A stretch of 64,000 bases of DNA from Octopus bimaculoides (taxonomy: Eukaryota): NCBI RefSeq assembly GCF_001194135.2, contig NC_068990.1:81603711-81667710 (forward strand), read 5' to 3'. This document shows, piece by piece, positions 13,612 through 25,711 of the stretch. The translations under genes and the position numbers were made by a program. The notes beneath the pieces were generated by a model. It was not told where the DNA came from, did no database searches, and saw nothing but the letters and a program-made list of their open reading frames with translations. Position 1 is the first letter of the stretch; each line of letters starts with the position of its first letter.

Positions 13612-13990
13612 GTGGTAAATTGGTAGAATTGCTTCAGTGTCAGAAAAAACGATTTGCAGTATTTGTTATGGCCCTTTACATTCTGAGTTAAAAACCTGTA
13701 AAATAAATTCTACATTTTATCCCTTTGGGAAGTCAATAAAGAAAAGTACCAGGATGTATTATGGTTCATGGTATCGACTAGCTCCTTCCCTTTTCAAAAA
13801 TTGCTGACCTTGTGTCTAGTTTAGAAACTCTTGACGCTTTATATTTTTGAGTTGAAATCCTGCCAAGATGAATTTTGTCTTTCATTCTTCATAGCTGATA
13901 AAATAAAGTACCAGTCAAAAAATGGGAGCAATGGAATCGACTAGCCCCTTTCTCTCAAAACTGCTGACTTTCTGCCTAAATTGACAATGT
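13612..13990 (+). mobile_element. Two tandem decayed tRNA-derived SINEs, family B
   Basis: Both have a ttctgagtt(a/g)aaa B-box, ...ataaa..agtaccag...tatcgactag and caaaa(a)ttgctgac tails. They are the reverse complement of 19340-19800. Confidence 0.7.
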
Positions 13991-14279
13991 AAAAGAAATT
14001 ATCATAATTATCTTCTTCATCATTACTCTATAGTTAACATGTATTGTTTTGCTGTATCACTTTACATTAATGATTCAATAAAAATGGTACATTGAGAATT
14101 TTCTTTGAAATATCAAATATCATTTGCGACAAATTGTGTGTATCTGTGTGTGTGTGTGTGTGTGTGCGTGCTTGTACATCTGTGTATGTGTATGCATAAA
14201 ATAATGCACAGCAAATGCATATATTTTTATTCTCATATATTTGGACTTGAGTGCATGATTAAATTATGTATAATTCATA

Positions 14280-14346
<67 letters not shown>

Positions 14347-14802
14347 CTCTATCTAATCTATTTGTCTGTCTGTCTTTCCCTCCCTATATATATATATGGA
14401 GAGAGAGAGAGAGAAACAAAATTTATCGTTCCATGTATGTGTGTATACATGTGTATATGTGTATATATACAATAAGCAAACTAAATTAGTAAAGTTTATC
14501 TTCATATACTTGTATATGAGTGTACAACTAAATTTTGTATTATATATGTATGTGTAGGCCTGTTGCATATGTATGCATGTGTGTGCATGCATATGTACAA
14601 GTGCACATTATGAATGCACGCATGCTAGCTCCAGAATTCTTCCCTGCACATACATTTTTCTGCAGCTGTCAACTTACAACTGTGCAAGGGGGACATTTAG
14701 CACATCCATGTAAGTAGTCTTGGAGGACATGAAAACAACGGATACAATACATAACCTCTTGTCCAATAAAAAGAAAATTACCAATTATAATATTTATGAA
14801 AT

Positions 14803-14835
<33 letters not shown>

Positions 14836-15485
14836 CTATATATTTATATAAGGGCATTACTATACAATAGTGCCTCACGCTATGAGGGGCTCTAAGGTCA
14901 GACTACCATAAAAAGCACATTTTNNNNNNNNNNNNNNNNNNNNNNNNNNNNNNNNNNNNNNNNNNNNNNNNNNNNNNNNNNNNNNNNNNNNNNNNNNNNN
15001 NNNNNNNNNNNNNNNNNNNNNNNNNNNNNNNNNNNNNNNNNNNNNNNNNNNNNNNNNNNNNNNNNNNNNNNNNNNNNNNNNNNNNNNNNNNNNNNNNNNN
15101 NNNNNNNNNNNNNNNNNNNNNNNNNNNNNNNNNNNNNNNNNNNNNNNNNNNNNNNNNNNNNNNNNNNNNNNNNNNNNNNNNNNNNNNNNNNNNNNNNNNN
15201 NNNNNNNNNNNNNNNNNNNNNNNNNNNNNNNNNNNNNNNNNNNNNNNNNNNNNNNNNNNNNNNNNNNNNNNNNNNNNNNNNNNNNNNNNNNNNNNNNNNN
15301 NNNNNNNNNNNNNNNNNNNNNNNNNNNNNNNNNNNNNNNNNNNNNNNNNNNNNNNNNNNNNNNNNNNNNNNNNNNNNNNNNNNNNNNNNNNNNNNNNNNN
15401 NNNNNNNNNNNNNNNNNNNNNNNNNNNNNNNNNNNNNNNNNNNNNNNNNNNNNNNNNNNNNNNNNNNNNNNNNNNNNNNNNNNNN

Positions 15486-15674
15486 GCAGAAATATAACAA
15501 AAAAACCATTACTCTGAGTTTCACGTTCCCGTTCATCGGACAACGGGAATGTGAAACTCAGAGTAACGGTTTTTTTGTTATATTTCTGCTGCTTTTAAAT
15601 AAAGCATATTACTCTACCTCTGGTATTTGAGTACTCTTTTTTCCACCTTGTTGCATATTTCATGTGCTTACTCC

Positions 15675-15700
<26 letters not shown>
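15486..15700. mobile_element. Penelope-like terminal repeat with inverted duplication and hammerhead motif
   Basis: 48-bp inverted arms (15486-15533 and 15542-15589) with 2 mismatches and an 8-nt loop. The minus strand reads CCGATGA-ACG GGAA CGT-GAAACTCAGAGTA. An aataaa lies downstream. Confidence 0.65.
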
Positions 15701-15720
<20 letters not shown>

Positions 15721-17169
15721 CACATACACACAAGCAATTAAGATATGTGTACGTGAAGGCAAACAGTCCAGTCGTATTAATATAAGTTAAAAGTGATGTT
15801 TGACATATCATCGGCTAAAAACACAAACAGCCTTGACCTTAACTGCCATCTTGCCTTGTCTTTTTGTTATTACAACTTGCCAACCATAGAATGTAGAACA
15901 AGCTTGGCTTCAAACAACATACTTGTTGGCTCCAGAAATCAATAACCTACAGATATTTTTCACCAGTGCTAATGCTATGACTATTCAAGCAGAAATGGAA
16001 CAGCCTAGACTTCAGTCGTAACATCAGATTGCTACTACAGCTAGTGTCATTACTACTGTTGCTACCGCTACTGCTACTGCTGCTGATTGCTGCTGTTATT
16101 GTTGCAAATTGCTGCTACTGTTACAAATCTTCCTACTGTACACATACACTTGGAGCAACTGCGAAACTACTTATGCCATTTTAAAAATCAATAGATCAAA
16201 ACTGATCAAATAACCACACACATCCCACTCCTTTTTTTTTATTTTTTTTTTATTTTTCTTTTTTATTTTTTTTTTTGTTAGCATATTAACAATTTTGAAT
16301 GTCTCATATGATGAAGAACTGAGAGAAAGGAGGGGACCATGGAGATGTGGGGGGAGAATGATGAATTCTTTTCTTCCATGACTGTCTGTGGAAATATCTC
16401 TATTATGAGAGTATGTTTTAAAAAGCCATTGGTAGCACCAGAAAGAGAAGAAATATCATATAAATAATGTGTTATATATAACTATGTCCTATTGATTTCC
16501 ATATGCTTTTTAATATGATAATAGAAGGGAGGATAATACTCATGGATGGATTTCATCTTCATCCCTCCCTCCCTCTCTCTCTCTCTCTCTTCCCATACAC
16601 ACACACATATATATATACGTACATATATACATACATATATGAAATCTGTAATTGGTACCAGAGCATGCATAATAAATTTGATGTCTTAAAAATCATGTTT
16701 CTTTCATAGAACTACTTCATATAATGATTGATTTTTACATTGAAATAATTGTTATAGAAATAATCAATAATAACAATACCATATATGGAAATGTAAGTGC
16801 TTAATATGTTGTGTGCCTCCCTTCCCCTCCCTCATCATCATGATCATTCTATGCTGACAATATTATCATGAAAATTGTGATTATGCATAGAAAGAACGAA
16901 TGACGTAATGGAAAAATTTCATCTCCTACTTTACTACTGCAGTACAATACTACATTAGTGCCTCTTCTTCCTACTCATCATAAATAGCATTATAGTTTTG
17001 TTTTGTTGTTGTGGTTTTTTTTGTGCGTGTCTTAAGCTGCAAATAAGAATATTCCTTTCCTATCCGATCCGATCCATAAAGAATAGTAGGCAATGCAGAT
17101 CCCAGCTATAAATATATACATATATATATTAGCAAAATGAATAAAGACTTTGTGAGTAGGGTATTAGGG

Positions 17170-17201
<32 letters not shown>

Positions 17202-17516
17202 NNNNNNNNNNNNNNNNNNNNNNNNNNNNNNNNNNNNNNNNNNNNNNNNNNNNNNNNNNNNNNNNNNNNNNNNNNNNNNNNNNNNNNNNNNNNNNNNNNN
17301 NNNNNNNNNNNNNNNNNNNNNNNNNNNNNNNNNNNNNNNNNNNNNNNNNNNNNNNNNNNNNNNNNNNNNNNNNNNNNNNNNNNNNNNNNNNNNNNNNNNN
17401 NNNNNNNNNNNNNNNNNNNNNNNNNNNNNNNNNNNNNNNNNNNNNNNNNNNNNNNNNNNNNNNNNNNNNNNNNNNNNNNNNNNNNNNNNNNNNNNNNTAT
17501 TGTAAAAATATTAATG

Positions 17517-17552
<36 letters not shown>

Positions 17553-17678
17553 TCTTCTTCTTCTTCTTCTCCTCCTCCTCCTCCTCCTCCTCCTCATCAT
17601 CATCATCTTCATCATCATCTTCGTCGTCGTCATCGTCATCGTCAACGTTGTCATCACTTATTTATATTTTATTGACAG

Positions 17679-17718
17679 CAGCTCCAAAAGTGTATCCGTC
17701 AGACTATTTCCAATAATA
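17679..17718 (+). CDS. Host gene exon (QLQKCIRQTISNN)
   Basis: Acceptor tttatattttattgacag, donor A|gtgaat, 40 bp. Phase 0 to 1 links 6781 to 18404. The frame also runs on to a TAG at ~17752. Confidence 0.45.
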
Positions 17719-18403
17719 GTGAATTAAAGTCCGTGTTGAAAAAAAATTTGTAGATTTCTCTTTCGAATATTCCTTTTGTAAATACACATCACATTTGTTT
17801 AACCCTTGCTGTACATATTTTATGTGAAGGTCATTCACAGTCAGCCACAGAAATAAATTAAATACAAAATAATTATCACATTCTTAATGGAATTATGACT
17901 TGTAACCAGTTTTTTTTTTCTTTTTTCATTTTCTTTTTTTTATTAATTTGACTCTTGCATTTGTGAAGAAATCATTAATTATTGAAAATTTTTCTAAAAT
18001 TTGTATTAGCAAAATCTGACAGAGTAAATAACAACAAACCTACTCTATTTAGTAAGAAATCCTGTACAATTTTCATTTACTGTTCTAATTCTTTGACAAT
18101 CATCTCCATCTTTGAATAATTTATCTCCTGTTTACCTCAACCTTTCCATGGAACTTTATTTTGCATCAAATGCTTACTTTCTGTACTTCAAAATTTGTCC
18201 TTCAATGAATACACAAGTGTAGAAACTAAATAGCCCTTGTAAAAACTATCACAGAATTTACCTCCCCCTCTTTGAAAACGCCTATTTCACCATGGTTGAC
18301 CATTTCAAGGGAAATACCCTGATACTTGTTTTAACAATTCTTGTTTAGATGTAAAACATATCGGAACATAACTAAGCAATTTGTTTTGCCTTTTTACATT
18401 TAG

Positions 18404-18456
18404 AGTACAGATTCTGTCTGGATCAACTTGAAGAGAGGACAGATGCAATGCATGAG
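18404..18456 (+). CDS. Host gene exon ((K)YRFCLDQLEERTDAMHE)
   Basis: Acceptor ttttgcctttttacatttag, donor GAG|gtgtat, 53 bp, phase 1 to 0. Confidence 0.55.
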
Positions 18457-19339
18457 GTGTATATATACACAGAAACAGAGAGAGAGAGAGAAACATGCAC
18501 ACATACATGCAAGCATATATACATACATACATACATTCATAAATATATACATATATGAGTTTACTGAGAAATATTTTGGGCAAGTGTCTATTATAGTCTG
18601 GGCCAACCAAAGCCTTATGAGTGGATTTGTAAGGAGGAAACTGAAAGAAGCCTGCCATGTGTGTGTATGTATGTGTGTGTATGTGTGCATGTGTGCGCAT
18701 GCAGGCACACATGAACGCTTGTGTGTGCCCTTCTCTTGACATCATGAGATTGCTGTAAATGAGCAACATCATCATTATCATCATCATATAAGCAATGTTG
18801 TTCACTTCCAATCGTCTGTGAAAACATGGTTGGCTATGGGTAAATATGACCTTACTTGGAAACAGGTCAGGGTTGATGACATGAAATCTACTTTAATGAA
18901 TTTCATATGACTTATACAAGAAAGGAAAATTGGATGTTAAAATGATTATGTGTGTGTGTGTGTTGGGTCACCAAGTAAAACTAAGCAAGGTGAAGCATGA
19001 ATGCATTTTGGCTCTTTGAAGAAGAATCCTCTAAAGTTAATAGCATTGTGATGAAAGGGGCTCCTTCACTTTCTGGCCCTGAACTGATGGACTGTCTGAA
19101 ACCTATTCTTATAGACACTGTATGTTATTGTGTGTGTGTGTGTGTGTGTGTGTGCTTATATATGTGTGTATATATATCATCAACATCACCAATGTGTCAT
19201 TTTTTTTTCCATGCTGGAATAGATCAGATGAAACTTAGGCAGATTTTTTTATGGTTGGATGCTCTTCCTGTAGCCAACACACACACCTGCTTCCAAGAGA
19301 AGTAATATTGGTTTCAGATTTTGACACAACCCCAGTAAT

Positions 19340-19800
19340 TTTGGGTGAAGGGGTAAGTCAATTTCATTGATCCTAGCGGTCAACTAGTTCTTATTTTACC
19401 AATCCTGAAAGGATGAAGGACAAAGTTGACCTCGGCAGAATTTGAACTCAGAACGTAAAGACAGATGAAATGCTGCTAATCATTTTGCTGGCATGCTAAC
19501 CAGGGCTGTGGAGTCAAGACAAAACACTTTGATTCCGACTCCTCGACTATTGGCACCTCTGACTCTGACTCCTCTTTATGTAATTAAGTGATTGCGGTCT
19601 ACGTATCTCATAAAGCATATGCATACACTTGTACTTTGAACAGGCCTATATGTTGTAACTGGTTTATATTAAAGAATAAAGATACTGTGAGCTAGAGTCA
19701 GTATAGTTTTACTGACTCCGACTCCAGCTACTCCTTAATTGTTTCTGACTCCGACTCCATAGTCCTGGTGCTAATGATTCTGCCAGCTCACTACCTTAAA
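19340..19800 (-). mobile_element. tRNA-derived SINE family B, interrupted by a hAT MITE
   Basis: gacctcggcagaatttgaactcagaacg (reverse B-box). The sequence resumes as gattctgccagctcactacc after the MITE. Confidence 0.85.
19501..19767. mobile_element. hAT-type MITE (267 bp)
   Basis: TIRs CAGGGCTGTGGAGTC / GACTCCATAGTCCTG (13/15), degenerate 8-bp TSD atgctaac/gtgctaat, multiple internal GACTCC motifs. Confidence 0.85.
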
Positions 19801-20052
19801 GAATGGTAATAATGAGAGATTGTTTGACTAAAGGAACTCTAACTTTGGTTCAATCATGCTGGTTCATTCTACATGATGAATTGTACATGATGAACCTCAT
19901 CTACAATTCACCATGTAAAAGAGGTTTAGTTTTGATCTAAATATTGTTCATCGGAATTATTAGCGTTTCACTTAATTTGGGTTTGTGTGTGAATTAAGGG
20001 AGATATTTTCAGTTACATATAAACATATTGACCTCTAATCAGAATTATTAGA

Positions 20053-20104
<52 letters not shown>

Positions 20105-20688
20105 TGTGTTTTTAAGCTTATTGAAATTTAAAATTTAAAAGTCAATATTAGGTCAGATGTAGGTCTTTTGGTACAATGTACTTATAGGGTAACCTGATTC
20201 TAGTTTCCTTAATCCTCAGTTGCTAATTTAGGAAAGTAATTTTCCTGGCTCACCTTATGAGAATGCAAGCATTTAATTCAGTCTAATGAGGATTAGGGTT
20301 TAAGTAAACATAAAATTTCAAAATATAATTTAAAGATAAACCAAAAATAGATATTGTCTTCATGCATACACAAATGTGTACAAAAACACATGAACACACA
20401 TTCACAGACATGCTCATTCACGCACATGCTCATACATACATACACACATACGTACATACATACATATATACATACATGCAAACAAACATATACACAACAC
20501 ACACATATGCCCAGCATTAACTTCATCCAGTAGTCTTAATCTTTTAGTTTAGATGGCTCAGGATAACTGCCCCTTCTCGGATTAACTTACATTATATAGA
20601 TATGTGTATATCTGTATTTATATACACATGCATATATATAGGTGTGTGTAGATGTATATATACATATATATATGTATATATATGTATA

Positions 20689-20735
<47 letters not shown>

Positions 20736-20790
20736 NNNNNNNNNNTATATATATGTATATATATATACATATATGTGTATGTATATATGC

Positions 20791-20828
<38 letters not shown>

Positions 20829-21148
20829 TTTTCTGTGTATATATATATAAATATGTAAAAATATATATATAAATGTATATCTCTCTGAATATATGTGTAT
20901 GTATATATATATGATAATAATGATGTAATGTAATAATATAATAATAATAATAAACTTATTGCATATAGTGCCTAGATGCACTGCAACTCATCAGAAATGG
21001 TTAAAGAAGGGACAGAACGCAGACACATAAATCAATTAAAGAAAGACAGCAATTAATGTTAGAATTAGTTCCTAATTAAACATAAAACACATAAAGATAG
21101 AACAGTAAATATTTAAAGGGTATATATTTTTGCATATCTATCTATGTA

Positions 21149-21187
<39 letters not shown>

Positions 21188-21233
21188 GTCTATCTATCCA
21201 TCTATCTATGTCTATCTATCTATCCATCTATCC

Positions 21234-21279
<46 letters not shown>

Positions 21280-21679
21280 TTATATGCACACACATACACA
21301 CATATATATTATATACATGTATGAGATATAAATGGAATATAAGGGGTAGAGAGAGACACACAGACAGACACACACACTATACAACATACATGTATGCGTG
21401 TTTGCTTTGCAATCTTCAAAGCCTCCTACAGAGTGTAATTTGGGTTGACCAATACCATGGAACCTATGTTGGTTGATAGGAAGTATGTGAAAACTCTTCG
21501 TACACACATGCATGCTTACTTACGTGCATACATACATGCATACATGCATGCATACATACATTTCTTTCTGCGTCTTTATAATTGACGCCATTCAATAAAA
21601 CGGTATCTGTACTTATGTATCTCATGTATCTCGGTAATAAATAAAATTTCAAAAATTAGTACTGGTGTTAGAAATATGT

Positions 21680-21802
21680 GGAAGCACAACCAACAACAGA
21701 ATGTATGAGAAGGGGTAGCAACATCAACTGTAATCCTGTAGCAATGGAATCAATTGTTTGTTGTTACCCCTTCTCATACATTCTGCTGTTGGTTGTGCTT
21801 CC
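21680..21802. repeat. Fold-back inverted repeat (44-bp arms)
   Basis: 21680-21723 versus 21759-21802 has 2 mismatches and a 35-nt spacer. Confidence 0.9.
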
Positions 21803-21984
21803 AATACGACAAGATAGAAATTTGCAATTTAGGGCTGTTTGATCCTTGTTCCTGCACTTATAAAATGAGCAAATTACAAAACTCGACAATATGGTTGACC
21901 AAGACCCTGCAAGGTGTTCTCTAGCATGGCCACAATGTAATGACTGATAAAAACATTCTTTTACCCATTTACTTTTTTCTTTCA

Positions 21985-22021
<37 letters not shown>

Positions 22022-22160
22022 NNNNNNNNNNNNNNNNNNNNNNNNNNNNNNNNNNNNNNNNNNNNNNNNNNNNNNNNNNNNNNNNNNNNNNNNNNNNNNN
22101 NNNNNNNNNNNNNNNNNNNNNNNNNNNNNNNNNNNNNNNNNNNNNNNNNNNNNNNNNNNN

Positions 22161-22472
22161 GTGTCTTCTACTATAGCCTCGGGCCGACCAAAGCCTTGTG
22201 AGTAGATTTGGTAGATGGAAACTGAAAGAAGCCTGTCGTATATATGTATATATATGTATGTGTGTGTATATGTTTGCGTGTCTGTGTTTGTCCCCCCAAC
22301 ATCGCTTGACAACCGATGCTGGTGTGTTTACGTCCCCGTAACTTAGCGGTTCGGCAAAAGAGACCGATAGAATAAGCACTAGGCTTACAAAGAATAAGTC
22401 CTGGGGTCGATTTGCTCGACTAAAAGGTGGTGCTCCAGCATGGCCACAGTCAAATGACTGAAACAAGTAAAA
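22161..22472 (+). mobile_element. tRNA-derived SINE family A, well preserved, head lost in N gap
   Basis: gtgtcttctactatagcctcgggccgaccaaagcc...gactgaaacaagtaaaaag. It retains many CpGs. Confidence 0.9.
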
Positions 22473-23266
22473 AGAATGTGTGCATGTGTATACATTTGAG
22501 CAGTAAGCTGATTGAACGAAATCTTGGTTCAAGTGGTCACGTGTGTAACCCATTTTATCTTATATTTGAAAAGCCTCCCACCAACACACTAACCATTTTA
22601 CTAAGTGTTGATAGACTATTACACCTGTCTCACTTTGAAGATGAAATGTATTGGTTTTTATGTGTTTTGAACAAATCTGACCATTTAAAAACCGTTAGAA
22701 ATCCCTGCAATTAACAACAGGTGTAATTGTAAAAACTTTCTAAATTTATGGAATGGTACACATGAGAAAATCCTTATTGCTGAGTGAATAAAAAATGCCA
22801 ATGAATAATCAAAGAACTCAGTTTAGTTCTTCAATAAGTACACAAATTAAATCTAAGAGAAAGAGAATCTTTAAACCATAAAAAAATATGAAACAAATTC
22901 ATTGAATGGTAATAGGTTAGGTGTGACAATAAAGAAAATTAAATTTTAATGCAAACTGTTGATGGATGTATTAATATGGATGAGACCTGACATTGTTTCT
23001 TGCTTGAAAGCTCTTCAGTACCGGATGTCAAACTTGTTGATACCAATAACAAGACAATGAGCAAATGTTTCTTGGTGTGCTTTATTTATGAAAATCATTG
23101 TTCATACAAATAAGTGCTGCCATCCTAGTAAAGTGCTTATGAAATGATGCAGCACTATCCATATGGATTACCAAGTCATGCGCTGACTCTGATGCTGGGA
23201 TTGTAATACCTCCTGTTCCTATATATATTCTGATTACAATATGATTGTGGGTCAATAGTGGAGTGC

Positions 23267-23470
23267 TTAAAATTTTTCAGTATTGAACTGTATGTTGTTT
23301 TCTCCAACCCATTCGTATGTTGCTTTCAGCTCTTTCTGTAGTTTTGATCTATCAACAAGGTCCTTTGACTGCTTGTGACACTTTTGTATCATCAGCGCAG
23401 CTGGTGAGAGTGGCTGACTGTATGACTGTTGGCGTGTTTGAGAGCCACCACAAACAACCGTGGTCTCAGT
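23267..23470 (-). mobile_element. CR1/L2-type LINE RT C-terminal fragment
   Basis: DRSKLQKELKATYEWVGENNIQFNTEKF matches the D..LQ.DL..L..W...N.M.FN..K motif. Confidence 0.7.
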
Positions 23471-23603
23471 ACAGTTCCCTGAAGACTTCACTGAGAGTTG
23501 ATATCTCCCGAGGGAATGCAGCGTTGTCTGCTACTCTCTGACTCTTATCTTTTAAAAAGTCATGAGGAGACTTTGTTGAACACTTTGTCAAGGTTGAGAT
23601 ATA

Positions 23604-23647
<44 letters not shown>

Positions 23648-23850
23648 AGAAGGAAGTTAGCAGAACAAATGTTATTTTAATGAGATACATCTTGTACTCA
23701 CCTGATCTACACTGACAGATACTCCTAAACCAGTTATTCAGTATCCTGCCTGTGATGGATCAATTCTAGATGGGTCGAAACAACTGTAGTGATCAATAAA
23801 CATTCTTGTATCTTTCATTTTTCCATCTGTCCCATTAATCAAATACATAC

Positions 23851-23891
<41 letters not shown>

Positions 23892-23899
23892 AATCAGAA

Positions 23900-24260
23900 G
23901 GACAACGTGAATCACGTAGGTAAAGTAAAAGTTAGAGGTAATACTTGATAATTGTAAGCACCTGTATATGCCAGATCGTGGCCGGGGTGTAAGTATAAAT
24001 CAAAAATGTAAAAATAAAAACAGAACACAAAGGATTCCGCGGTACACGTGTTTCAAGCTTTATAGTCGTTGCGTCATTATATTGGTATATAATTGATAGA
24101 CAGGATGGTATAAAGCTATCTTCAGCCGCAAATATATTCTTTCCCAAGTATTATATAACAAAGAAGAAGTCACCAAGAGAAAAGTAAAAGAAGGAGAAAC
24201 ACGAGAGATAAGAAGTGGGAGTCCACTTGGTATAGTCCATTGTAATATCCATTGTAATAT
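23900..24260 (-). mobile_element. Penelope-like terminal-repeat fragment carrying a type I hammerhead
   Basis: Contains the complete motif at 24039-24129. The Penelope assignment is inferred from the ribozyme architecture, and no intact RT or GIY-YIG ORF is seen. Confidence 0.55.
24039..24129 (-). ncRNA. Type I hammerhead ribozyme motif with palindromic stem III
   Basis: Minus strand: GCGG-CUGAAGA-U-AGCUUUAUA[44 nt]UAUAAAGCU-U-GAA-ACACGUGU-A|CCGC. Confidence 0.75.
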
Positions 24261-24290
24261 ACGTTGTAATATCTTTATCTTTTAAGCTGA

Positions 24291-24321
<31 letters not shown>

Positions 24322-24889
24322 GTATATGTATGTATGTATATATCTTTTAAATTTGTTTACGGGAAACGTTTTGAATGTGCAAATAAAGCTCCTATTCCTT
24401 TATGCTGGCCACAGTCTAACGATGCTGATTGGTGATCCAGTTTTTTGACGTTGCATCGAGCTGTACCAACATAATATAGGATAAATCTGGAAATAATAAC
24501 AATAATTCTTCAATTGAATTTTTAAACATTTAATGTATTGCCTTACGCATATTTCCACAAATCATGTCTGTTAAGATCACAGGTCGTATTCCTGGGATGA
24601 TTACATCCCAGGAATACGAACTGTAGTATCCATGGGCATTGGGTAAATCATCTTCATGGATTCATTTCTTCAGGTGATATAACATTAATGGATGTTTGAC
24701 AGAATGTTGTTAATCCCTTTAGATCCCTTAATCTTCTCAGGAATACAGACTGTGATATCAAGAGACATGTGATTTGTGGAAACACGTCACGATGCATTAA
24801 CTGTTTATAAATTCTATCCAAAGATTATTCTCATTATTACTATATATATGTATATATAGATAGATAGATATATTTACATATATACATAC

Positions 24890-24928
<39 letters not shown>

Positions 24929-25675
24929 CATATGTATATATATATATATATATANNNNNNNNNNNNNNNNNNNNNNNNNNNNNNNNNNNNNNNNNNNNNN
25001 NNNNNNNNNNNNNNNNNNNNNNNNNNNNNNNNNNNNNNNNNNNNNNNNNNNNNNNNNNNNNNNNNNNNNNNNNNNNNNNNNNNNNNNNNNNNNNNNNNNN
25101 NNNNNNNNNNNNNNNNNNNNNNNNNNNNNNNNNNNNNNNNNNNNNNNNNNNNNNNNNNNNNNNNNNNNNNNNNNNNNNNNNNNNNNNNNNNNNNNNNNNN
25201 NNNNNNNNNNNNNNNNNNNNNNNNNNNNNNNNNNNNNNNNNNNNNNNNNNNNNNNNNNNNNNNNNNNNNNNNNNNNNNNNNNNNNNNNNNNNNNNNNNNN
25301 NNNNNNNNNNNNNNNNNNNNNNNNNNNNNNNNNNNNNNNNNNNNNNNNNNNNNNNNNNNNNNNNNNNNNNNNNNNNNNNNNNNNNNNNNNNNNNNNNNNN
25401 NNNNNNNNNNNNNNNNNNNNNNNNNNNNNNNNNNNNNNNNNNNNNNNNNNNNNNNNNNNNNNNNNNNNNNNNNNNNNNNNNNNNNNNNNNNNNNNNNNNN
25501 NNNNNNNNNNNNNNNNNNNNNNNNNNNNNNNNNNNNNNNNNNNNNNNNNNNNNNNNNNNNNNNNNNNNNNNNNNNNNNNNNNNNNNNNNNNNNNNNNNNN
25601 NNNNNNNNNNNNNNNNNNNNNNNNNNNNNNNNNNNNNNNNNNNNNNNNNNNNNNNNNNNNNNNNNNNNNACACAC

Positions 25676-25711
<36 letters not shown>

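Noticed and set aside
18997-19123. ORF FEEESSKVNSIVMKGAPSLSGPELMDCLKPILIDT with donor gtatgt
   Set aside because: There is no polypyrimidine acceptor after the upstream in-frame stop, so it cannot be supported as an exon.
24340-24560. Possible Penelope RT remnant (…QKTGSPIS…) on the minus strand
   Set aside because: The resemblance is too weak to call without a profile search.
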